Below, one piece after another: positions 37,396-48,293 of a stretch of 64,000 bases of DNA. The stretch is from Squalus acanthias (Eukaryota): positions 62,001 through 126,000 of the forward strand of contig JASTWF010000346.1 of the NCBI GenBank assembly GCA_030390025.1, written 5' to 3'. Position 1 is the first letter of the stretch, and each line of letters starts with the position of its first letter. The notes below the pieces were generated by a model. The model ran no database searches. It was not told the DNA's origin and saw only the letters and a list, made by a program, of their open reading frames with translations. Made by a program: the position numbers and the translations under genes.

Positions 37396-38162
37396 TTGGA
37401 CTATAACCTGGTGTTGTGCGACCTCTCAATTTTGTCCACCCCAGTCCAACACCGGCATCTCCGCATCATGACCTCTATTTATAAAGCCCAGGATCCCATA
37501 TGCTTTATCAACTGCTTTGTTAATCTGTCCTGCCACCCTGAATTTTTATGCACAGACACCCCCAGGTCTCTCTGTTCTTGTACCCCCTTTAAAATTGTAC
37601 CATTTAGTGTGTATGGTCTCTCCTCAATCTTCCTACCAAAATGTACCCCCTCACACTTTTCTGCGTTGAATTTCCTCTGCCATGTGTCCGCCCATTCCAC
37701 CAGCCTGCCTATGTCCTCTTGAAGCCTATTACTATCTTCCTCACTGTTTACTACACTTCCAGGTTTCGTGTCATCTGCAAATTTCAAAATTGTGCCCAGT
37801 ACCCCCAAGTCCAAGTCATTAATGTATATCAAAAACAGCAGTGGTCCTAGTACTGACCTTTGCGGAACACCACTGTATACCACCCTTCAGTCCAAAAAAT
37901 AGCCATTCACCACAACTTTGTATCCATGCTGCTACTGCCCCTTTTATCCCATGGGCTTCAATTTTGCTAACAAGCCTAATATGTGGTACTTTATCACCTT
38001 TTTGAAAGTCCATATACACAACATCGACTGCACTGCCCTCATCCACCCTCTCTGTTACCTCATCAAAAAACTATCAAGTTAGTCAAACATGATTTGCCCT
38101 TAACAAATCCCTTTATTAATCCATGCTTGTCCAAGTGGCCATTAATTTTCTCCCGGATTATT

Positions 38163-39596
38163 GGGCGCGATTTTCCCAATGGAGGCGGGTTTCGGTTTGG
38201 GTGGGTTCCAAACCCGCCTCCACTGAGAGGTGGGAAAAATTTGCGATTTTCCCCTAATTGGCCAGTTGATTTCAGAGGTGTGGGTTCCCCTGGGCCAATT
38301 AGTCTTTTGTGACTGAAACTCGCCTCTACTGACGTCACTTATTCAGCTTCATTTAAGGGCTGCTTGCTGCCTTGGCTCATTCCACTGGTTTTTGGTCGAT
38401 GCTGCACCACCTCCAAGCTGTTATCTCCTTGAAGAATGGCCAGCTCCAAGGCAAGGGCCTCCCCGAGGTTCTCGGATGAGGCGCTGGGTATGCTGGTTGA
38501 GGGGGCGAGAGCTAGCAGGGAGGTGCTCTTCCCCTCATCTGGGAGGAAGAGGCCTCCCAAAGAAACCAAGGCTGTGTGGGTCCAGCTGGCAAGGGATATA
38601 ACCTCCAGATCTGTGTGCAGATTGGGTGATTGTTTCTGTTTATTGATGAAATGTCATCCCTGTGGGAATGTATTAAAATTAGGTGATGGCAAACTGTTGG
38701 CGTGATGGCATCTGTTATTTTGGCTTCGGCAGTTCCACAATGCGGGCTCCACAACACTTGCATGGTCAGGTTGGTGGCCAAAGTGAAAGGAGGCCGGAGA
38801 GTCATGTCCATTGTCGATCATGTGTTAAGAAGGAGCCAAGCACATGTGCCACAATGGGCAACCTATGCAAATCTGGCCAGGATGAGTGCATTTCTTGCAC
38901 GACGTGCTTCCATGCGCTGGCACCTTCTGCCCTGTGCAGCATCAGGTGGGTGAGCAGGAGGTTGGGGCTCCTGCTGCCATTGCTGCTGAGCTGCCTGGTT
39001 CTGCTGCTGCCGTGGCTGCTCCTCATCCGAATCTGAGGTCCATGATGAAAGGAAAGAAATGGTTCCCATACTGCTGGCAGATACCTCCGTTGGGGAAGTG
39101 CTCAGTCCAAGCGGGGAGAGGGTCTTCCAAGGAGGTCACACAGTTGAGAGATAGAAGCTGCAGCACTTCTGACTTCGGTAGGCCTGCTAAAAGTACTGAA
39201 AGACCTTTGGAACAGAAGTTCTGCCACCTGCAACTGCTCCCTGATGAAAGCTCCGTTTTAATGCTGGAGCTGCAGCTGTGAGGAGGCCACCCACTTGTCA
39301 ACCCGCCAGGATTAGCTGGTGTGGTTTAGGAGGGTCATGCAACACGCACAAAATGTGGTAAAATAACGAAGGCCTGTCAAAATAGGATTATAGAGGCCCT
39401 TAACTGCTATTTAAGGGTCTAAACTACCTCTCCCGACTGATGGAGGCGGGACCGAATCGCACCCATCAAACCCGCCTTCGGCAAAATTGCGCGGAGGCGG
39501 GTTGGAGGCAGGTTCCGAACCCGCCCTCAGTTTTTGCCATTTTGCCTACTGTCCTGCCTCCAAACCCGCCTCCTCGGGGCTGGGAAAATCGCCCCC
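38163..39596. mobile_element. Harbinger deletion derivative with Myb/SANT-like and transposase remnants
   Basis: 16-bp TIRs (15/16 match) GGGCGCGATTTTCCCA; TSD ATT. + ORF 38436 ASPRFSDEALGMLVE...AVWVQLARDITSRS; - ORF 38863-39069 ending EARRARNALILARFA. Confidence 0.88.
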
Positions 39597-40073
39597 ATTG
39601 TTTCTAAAAGCTTTCCCACCACCGATGTTAAACTGACTAGCCTATAATTGCCAGGTTTATCCTTCTACCCTTCTTTGAACAAACGTGTAACATTTGCAAT
39701 GCTCCAGTTCTTTGGCACCACCCCTGTATCAAAGGAGGATTGCAAGATTGTGGCCACCACCTCTGCAATTCCTACCCTTACTTCCCTCGGCAACCTAGGA
39801 TGCATCCCACCTGGACCGGGTGACTTATCCACTTTAGTACCATGAGCCTTTCTAGTACCTCTTCTTTATCTATTTTTAGCTCATCCAGTATCCCAGCAAC
39901 CTCCTCATTTACCATAGCTTTGGCAAAGTCCTCTTCCTTGATAAACACCGATGCAAAGTGCTCATTTAGTTCCTCGGCCATGCCTTCTGCCTCCACCAGT
40001 AGTTCTCCATTTTGATACCTAATCGGCCCCACTGCTCCTCTGGCAATCCTTTTACCGTTCATATGCCTATTAA

Positions 40074-40275
40074 AGACCTTTGGATTCCCTTTTATGTTAG
40101 CCAGACCTTTGGATTCCCTTTTATCTTGGCCACACCTTTGGATTCCCTTTTATCTTGGCCAGACCTTTGGATAACCTTTTATGTTAGCCAGACCTTTGGA
40201 TTCCCTTTTATCTTGGCCACACCTTTGGATTCCCTTTTATCTTGGCCACACCTTTGGATTCCCTTTTATGTTAGC
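40074..40275. repeat. 29-bp x7 tandem repeat derived from CR1 ORF2
   Basis: AGACCTTTGGATTCCCTTTTATGTTAGCC variants. Confidence 0.95.
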
Positions 40276-40559
40276 TCTCGTTCATGAAAGAAAAAAATTA
40301 TACTTTGGATTGTAGGGGACATAAAAGTCCACATATGGGAGGGTGGGTATATTGAATCTGGGAAAATATCTAGTATAAATAACCAAATATATGACAACAG
40401 TGTTGCAGTATACGTGGAAGCAGATAGAGACAGACTTGAGGCTGTTTTTGACAGTCACTGCCTCTGGCTGTGTCAGTCCTACATTGCATGTTAACTGCAG
40501 GTGTCCTTGCATCTCATTCTCTGCTCACCCAGACCCTGGGAAGAAAGCTCTCCATAGTT

Positions 40560-41575
40560 CAATAGTAAAATACTGCGGATGCTGGAAATCTGAAACAACA
40601 ACAGAAAATGCAGGAAAGACTCAGCAGGTCAGGCAGCATCGTGGAGAGAGAAACAGAGTTAAGGTTTCAGGTCGATGACGATTCGTCAGAACTGGAAAAA
40701 GGTGGAGAAGTAACAGATTTTTATGCAAGTGTGGGACAGGGAAAGGGAGGAGGGAGGAAAGAACAAAGGGAAGGTTTGTGATAGGGTGAAAGGCAGGAGA
40801 GATTAAAAGACAAAAAGGGATGATGGTGCAAGGCAAAAGGAGATGGTAATGGAACAAGTTAAGAAACAAAAGATGATTCTAGATGAGGTGTAAATGGCGA
40901 TGGCAGAATCAACAGCTGCCATGTGAGAGAAAAAAGAAAACATCGGGACCGAGGTTATAGACTGAAATTGTTGAACTTGATGTTGAGTCCAGAGGCTGTA
41001 AAGTGCCTAATCGAAAGATGAGGTGCTGTTCCTCGAGCTTACGTTGAGCTTCATTGGAACAGTGTAAGAGGCCAAGGACAGAGAGGTCAGAGTGGGAGTG
41101 GAGCGGAGAATTAAAGTGACAGGCGACCGGAAGCTCGGAGTCGCGCTTGCGGACTGAACGGAGGCGTTCTGCAAAGCGGTCACCCAATCTACGTTTGGTC
41201 TCCCCAATGTAGAGGAGACCGCATCGTGAGCAGTGAATACAGTATATTAAATTGCAAGAATTACAAGTAAATCGCTTTTTCACCTGGAAGGAGTGTTTGG
41301 GGCCCTAGACAGTGGGAAGGGAGGAGGTAAAAGGACAGGTGTTGCTTCTCCTGTGCTTGCACGCGAAGGTCCCAGGGGAAGGGGTGTTGGAGGTGATAGA
41401 GGAGTGGACCAGGGTGTCGCGGAGGGAGCGGTCACGTCAGAATGCTGAAAGGGGGGGTGGGGAGGGGAAGATGTGTTTAGTGGTGGGATTATGCTGGAGG
41501 TGGCGGAAATGGCGGAGGATGATCCATTGAATGTGGAGGCTGGTGGGGTGAAAAGTGAGGACAAGGCGAACCCGA
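40560..41575 (-). mobile_element. Penelope-like element 3' part (GIY-YIG, pLTR, degenerate hammerhead at 40657-40693)
   Basis: FTCNSCNLIYCIHCSRCGLLYIGETKRRLGDRF; AGTT-CTGACGA...GAAA-CC-TT-AACT. Confidence 0.88.
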
Positions 41576-41579
41576 TCCA

Positions 41580-41995
41580 AGGTGAACCAAGTTTAGACAA
41601 CCTATCCTCATAATTTAACCCTTTGAGCCCCCGTGTCATTCTAGTGAATCTGCGATCTACCCCAACCCCCAGGCCAATATATCTTTCCTGAGGCGCAGTG
41701 CCCAAAACTCAATGTAGTGCTCCCGATGGGATCTGACCAACATTGCACAACTGAAGCATCACTTCCTCCATTTTGTATTCTAACCCTCTTGAGATGAAAG
41801 CCAACATTTCATTTGCCTTTTTGATTGCATTTTGTACCTGTGCATTAGTTTTGAGTGATTTGTTTGCATGGACACCCGAATCCCTTTGCTGTTCCACAGC
41901 TCCTGGTCTCTCACCATTAAACAAATATTCAGATTTATCTTTCTAGACCTTGCACCTCCCCACATTGAACTCCATCTGCCATAGTTTTTCCCACT
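41580..41995 (-). mobile_element. CR1 ORF2 fragment
   Basis: KKANEMLAFISRGLEYK. Confidence 0.8.
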
Positions 41996-42140
41996 CAAAA
42001 TTAATGTTTGCAAAGTGGCCTCTTCACTCTGTGGCAGTCAATTTCTCAGAATGTGACAAATGAATTAAAATAAATTAAAGAAAAGAAATGAGAAAAGAAA
42101 TGATCCAGTCAGTGTTGAGTTAGTTGCCCTCAGCCAGGGA

Positions 42141-42570
42141 GTGTCAGCCGTGTCTCAGTGGGTAGCACTCTCGCATCTGAATCAGAAGGTTGAGAGGTCA
42201 AGTCCCACTCCAGTGCAGTGCTGAGGAAGTGCTGCACTGTCGGAGGTGCTGTCTTTTGGATGAGATGTTAAACCGTGGCCCCGTCTGCTCTCTCAAGTGG
42301 ATGTAAAAAATCCCATGGCACTATTTCGAAGAAGAGCAAGGGAGTTATCCCCGGTGTCCTGGCCAATATTTATCCCTCAATCAACGTGACAAAAAAACAG
42401 ATTATCTGGTCATTGCCGTTTGTGGGAGCTTGCTGTGTGCAATTTTGGCTGCCGCTTTTCCTACATTACTACAGTGACTGCACTTCAAAAATACTTCATT
42501 GGTTGTAAAGCGCTTTGGGACGTCCTGAGGTCATGAAAGATGCTATGTAAATGCAAGTCTTTCTTTTTCC
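42141..42570 (+). mobile_element. tRNA-headed SINE with Deu-like domain and L2-type tail
   Basis: A/B-box head, GTCGGAGGTGCTGTCTTT core, GCTATGTAAATGCAAG tail. Confidence 0.8.
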
Positions 42571-42571
42571 T

Positions 42572-45500
42572 CATAAGAACATAAGAAATAGGAGCAGGAG
42601 TAGGCCAATCGGCCCCTCGAGCCTGCTCCACCATTCAATAAGATCATGGCTGATCTGATCCTAACCTCAAATCTAAAGAACACAAGAAGTAGGAGCAGGA
42701 CCCGGCCACTCAGCCCCTGGGCCCGCTCCGCCACCCACAGGGCCTTGACCGATCCGAACTCAGCCTCATGTCCAATTTCCTGCCTGCTCCCCGTAACCCC
42801 TAATTCCCTTTACTTCTAGGAAACTGTCTATTTCTGTTTTAAATTTATTTAATGATGTAGCTTCCACAGCTTCCTGGGGCAGCAAATTCCACAGACCTAC
42901 TATCCTCTGAGTGAAGAAGTTTCTCCTCATCTCAGTTTTGAAAGAGCAGCCCCTTATTCTAAGATTATGCTCCTAGTTCTAGTTTTACCCATCCTTGGGA
43001 ACATCCTTACCGCATCCACCCGATCAAGCCCCTTCACAATCTTATATGTTTCAATAAGATCGCCTCTCATTCTTCTGAACTCCAATGAGTAGAGTCCCAA
43101 TCTACTCAACCTCTCCTCATATGTCCACCCCCTCATCCCCAGGATTAACCGAGTGAACCTTCTTTGTACTGCCTCGAGAGCAAGTATGTCTTTTCTTAAG
43201 TATGGACACCAAAACTATGCAGTATTCCAGGTGCAGTCTCACCAATACCTTATATAACTGCAGCAATACCTCCCTGTTTTTATAATCTATCCCCCTGGCA
43301 ATAAAAGCCAACATTCCGTTGGCCTTCTTGATCACCTGCTGCACCTGCATACTAACTTTTTGATTTTCTTGCACTAGGACCCCCAGATCCCTTTGTACTG
43401 CAGTACTTTCCAGTTTCTCGCCATTAAGATAATAACTTGCTCTCTGATTTTTCCTGCCAAAGTGCATAACCTCACATTTTCCAATATTGTATTGCATCTG
43501 CCAAATCTCCGCCCACTCACCCAGCCTGTCTATATCCCCTTGTAGGTTTTTTATGTCCTCCTCACTTTCTACTTTCCGTCCCATCTTAGTATCATCTGCA
43601 AACTTTGATATGTTACACTCGGTCCCCTCCTCCAAATCGTTAATATAGATTGTAAAGAGTTGGGGACCCAGCACCGACCCCTGCGGAACACCACTGGCTA
43701 CTGGTTGCCAGTCCGAGAATGAACCATTTATCCCAACTCTCTGCTTCCTGTTAGATAACCAATCCTCCACCCATGCCAGAATATTACCCCCAATCCAGTG
43801 ATTTTTTTTTATCTTGAGCAATAATCTTTTATGTGGCACCTTGTCGAATGCCTTCTGGAAGTCTAAATACACTATGTCCACTGGTTCCCCTTTATCCACC
43901 CTGTACGTTATGTCCTCAAAGAACTCAAGCAAATTTGTCAGACGTGACTTCCCCTTCATGAAGCTATGCTGACTTTGTCCTATTAAATTATGTTTATCTA
44001 AATGTTCCGTTACTGTCTCCTTAATAATAGACTCCAAAATTTTACCCACCACAGATGTTAGGCTAACTGGTCTATAATTTCCAGCCTTCTGCCTACTACC
44101 CTTTTTAAATAAGGATGTTACATTAGCAGTTTTCCAATCTGCCGGGACCTTTGCTGAGTCCAGGGAATTTTGGAAAATTATTACCAAAGCATCCACAATC
44201 CCTACTGCCACTTCCCTCAAGACCCTAGGATGTAAGCCATCAGGTCCAGGGGATTTATCCGCCTTGAGTCCCATTATTTTACTGAGTACCAATTCCTCAG
44301 TGATTTTAATCGTATTTAGCTCCTCCCCCCCTAGAGCCCCTTGTTTGTCCAGTGTTGGGATATTCTTAGTGTCCTCTACCGTAAAGACTGAAACAAAATA
44401 TTTGTTCAGCATTTTTGCCATCTCCATGTTTCCCACCGTTAATTTCCCGGTCTCATCCTCTAAGGGACCTACGTTTGCCTTAGCCACCCTTTTTCATTTT
44501 ATATAACTATAGAAACTCTTGCTATCTGTTTTTATATTTTTTGCTAATTTATTTTCATAATCTATCTTCCCTTTCTTAATCAATCCTTTAGTTACTTTTT
44601 GCTGTCTTTTGAAGACTTCCCAATCTTCTATCCTCCCACTAAGTTTGGCTATCTTATATGTCCTTGTTTTTAGTTGGATACTATCCTTAATTTCTTTACT
44701 TAGCCACGGATGGCTGTCATTTCTTTTACACCCTTTTTTCCTCAGTGGAATATATTTCTTTTGAAAGTTGTTAAATAACTCCTTAAATGAACACCACTGC
44801 TCATGTACCGTCTTACCCTTTAATCTATTTTCCCAGTCCACTTTAATCAATTCCGCTCTCATACCATCATAGTCTCCTTTATTCAAGCTCAGTACGCTTG
44901 TTTGAGAACCAACCTTCTCACCCTCTAATTGGATATGGAATTCAACCATGTTATGGTCACTCATTCCAAGGGGATCCTTAACTAGGACATTATTAATTAA
45001 TCCTGACTCATTACACAGTACCAGGTCCAAGGTTGCTTGCCCCCTTGTAGGATCAGTTACATACTGCTCAAGAAATCCATCCCTAAGACACTCAATAAAC
45101 TCTTCCTCAAGGCTGCCCTGCCCAATTTGATTTTTCCAGTTAATATGATAGTTAAAATCCCCCATAATTACAGCTGTTCCCTTATTACATGCCCCAACTA
45201 TTTCCTGATTAATACTTCTTCCAGCAGAGTTGCAACTATTAGGAGGCCTATATACTACTCCCACTAGTGTTTTTTTCCCCTTATTATTCCTTATCTCCAC
45301 CCAAACTGTTTCATTATCCTGATCCTTTGACCCAATATAATTTCTCTGTATTACAGTGATTCCTTCCTTTATTAACATAGCCACCCCACCTCCCCTTCCT
45401 TCCTGCCTGTCCTTCCTGATTGTTAAATACCCTGGCATATTTAATTCCCAGTCGTTGTCACCCTGCAGCCATGTTTCTGTAATGGCCACAAGATCATACC

Positions 45501-45722
45501 CATACGTAATTATTTGTGCCGTTAACTCGTCCATTTTGTTATGAATGCTACGTGCATTCAGATAAAGAACTTTCAAATATGTTTTGTGACACTTAGTTCC
45601 TGCTTTTACCTTTTTTAACACTTTACCTTTTACTCCATACCTTCTGTCCCTTCCTGACACGCTTTCCTCTGTCTCCCTGCTCAGGTGCCCAACCCCCTGC
45701 CACTTTAGTTTAAACCCTCCCG
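42572..45722 (-). mobile_element. Young CR1 with nearly intact ORF2 and a duplicated 3' end
   Basis: ORFs 44494-45660 and 43117-44487 are in frame across one stop; one frameshift near 43215. Confidence 0.95.
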
Positions 45723-46261
45723 CTTGTGTGTAAGGGAAATGTGAGTCAGGTCTTCATATATGATAATACTATCCAGTGGGCTGTTGAAGCCTCCTTTGAG
45801 ATTTGGTACCCAAAAGGAATTGCTCCTCTGATGAGTGGAGATCTGTATGTGTGGGCATACCGACGAGTCAATTAATCTAATCAATTGTGTGGTGTGAATG
45901 TTACCTGGCACTTGTCTGTCCGAGCCTGGATTTTGATCAGGTCTTGTTGTAGGCTGGCATAGGCTGTTTCGGAGCAGTTGTGAATGGAGCTGAACACTTA
46001 GAATCGTCAGTGACCAGCCCCACTCCTGACAGTATGATAGAATGAAGGTCATTGAAGCGGCTACAGATGGTTGTGCTGAGGATGCTGCCCTATGGAACTC
46101 TGACAGAGATACCCTGGGATTTTGATGATAAGCCCTCGGCAACCATAACCATCTTACTGTGTGTCAAGTATGACTCGAGTCACTGAAGAGCTTTCTCATT
46201 GACTTGCTTGCTGATGCTTAGTTTGGGTTCTACCAGAACCATTCGGCTCTAGGTCTCATCA

Positions 46262-46535
46262 CATCCTTTGTCCGATCCTGTCACTGTTTTCCAAGTGCTC
46301 TGCTATTACATCTAGCATTTTCCCCACTACCGATGTCAGGCTATAATTCCCCGTTTTCTCTCTCCCACCTTTTTTAAATAGTGGGGTTACATTAGCTATC
46401 CTCCAATCCATGGGAACTGTTCCAGAGTCCATAGAATTTTGGAAGATGACCAGCAATGCATCTACTATTTCTAGGGCCACTTCCTTAAGTACCCTAGGAT
46501 GTAGATTATCAGGCCCTGGGGATTTATCGGGATTT
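46262..46535 (-). mobile_element. CR1 RT fragment
   Basis: [16 protein letters not shown]. Confidence 0.85.
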
Positions 46536-47661
46536 ATAGCGAGGGTATGGAATTTCCACATATATACTCTCAGCAGAGATGTGCACGTAAAATGTGAGTG
46601 AAACAAAAAGAGAGAGGTAGACAGACGAGGAGAATGCCAGAAACAGTAGGGTAATTTTTCTAATTGGTTATGCCCAGTTTTCATGTAGAAAATGGACATT
46701 TCTGATCGAAAGATGGGGCAGAAATCTCTCATGTCCGATCTCCACCTTTCTGTGCATCACTCACTTTTCTGGTGGGGAAATTGTTTGGCACCTGAAACAG
46801 GTGGGAGTTTAATTTTAATATTCAATTGAATTTGCAATGACATCATTTGATGTCTACATAATTTCCCAGAGATTGTGCCTGAATTACTCCAAGTGATCTA
46901 GTCATTCATATAAAATGGCTTCTAGAATTGCTAGGGTCTGAGGTATTTACTGAAGTTCATTTAAAGAGATGTTCAAGAAGAATTAACAATTTTCAGTCCA
47001 TTTCGCCACATGATTTGTTTTTACTTGCTTTTTGCTGTTATCATTTTGGAGCATTTGTGGTGATTACTGTAATACACCCTTACAACAATGGGTTTCCCCA
47101 TGGGAATCCCCCTATGTCTGAGCTCTTCAGAGGGTGAGAAGGACTAATGGAGGGTAGCCAGGCAAGTCAGAGATGTTGAGCATTCACCATCAGTATGGCC
47201 ACACCAGATTCTACAGGCACAGCGCACTGACCTCCATTCATCAGAGGAGCAGCTCCTGTTGGCACCAAATCTTAAAGGAGGCAACACACTGGATAATATT
47301 AATATCATACATGAAGGCCTGACTCATCTTAATGCAGGATCATTCTTCAGATGCACACTATGATTGCACATCATTTTATGAAAGACTCCCAAGAGAAACA
47401 CACAGCTCAATACATAGCGGTAAAAAAAATGCCACACAAATGTTCATAAGATGTAACACAAACACAGTTCAGGCCCAGAGAGTTTTATATTTCACTAAAA
47501 CTTAGTATAAATGGTGCACAGTCTGTTTAACACTGGTATGTGAGCACTGTACATATAACATAAGATTTATGACATAATTTATGACAAATAATTTATGACA
47601 ATTAATGAGGCTATCACTTCTCTCTCTCTCAGGCGATGGTTCTTCAGCTAAGATCTCAAAG

Positions 47662-47719
47662 ATGAAAGAAGTTCACCACATTGTGCTATTACTGCTTGTG
47701 ATTCTAATCTCAGTATATG
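47662..47719 (+). CDS. Signal-peptide exon (exon 47633-47719) of a butyrophilin-like Ig-superfamily gene
   Basis: Polypyrimidine tract and AG at 47631-47632. ATG 47662 gives MKEVHHIVLLLLVILISVY-G, a hydrophobic leader, followed by a phase-1 donor G|GTAAGG at 47720 that joins in frame to the IgV exon. Confidence 0.85.
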
Positions 47720-48293
47720 GTAAGGATCTTTATAACTTGTTTATTTATATTTGTATATAACACCAGTAGACCTCCCTTACTTGCAGTGAGTCAGAAGATT
47801 CACTTTCTTTTATAACAATAGCAACATTTAAGAAATGTAGGGGATAATGTCAGGGCCACTGATTTTCAGTGATTGAATAAGTCCAATTTCATTTTTATTA
47901 AATCATATTCTGGGATTTTTTTATTGGTACTTTGAGAATTCCATTTCACAACTCTGGCCATTAATCTGTGAAATCCATAAATGACTGGCCTTTATATGTA
48001 TTAATATATTAAAAATTTTGGTCCTGATTTTCATTGTGGGTTCCGTCAGACTCCCGCTGTAACTCTCGTGTAACCTACGGGAAACTGGCAAAGACCCGGT
48101 GACGCCAGGTTCCACCGATTCCAAGATTTCTTGGTTGGCCTTGTAAGGAGCGGAACCTCTATCCGCCAGTAACATCCAGGGAGCGGAGATAGCCTGCACC
48201 GGAGGTTCCCGTTTCCAGTTTCAGGACAAGGCGTATTACTGGAAGCCAGTTTCTCACAGTGAGATGAGGCATACCACTCTCCAAATGGGTGTA

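Larger units (their letters stand above)
36298..37471. mobile_element. Miniature palindromic Penelope element (inverted pLTRs, no ORF), interrupted by a Harbinger MITE
   Basis: 114-bp inverted arms with a 15-nt spacer; 14-bp TSD CCTCTATTTATAAA at 36284-36297 and 37472-37485. Confidence 0.88.
33950..40275 (-). mobile_element. Decayed CR1 ORF2 hosting a CR1, a mini-Penelope and Harbinger elements
   Basis: Collinear RT segments at 33950-34507, 36251-36297, 37472-38162 and 39597-40100. Confidence 0.85.

Noticed and set aside
43117..45660. Active CR1 or domesticated RT gene
   Set aside because: In-frame stop at 44494, frameshift near 43215, and ORF1 is absent.
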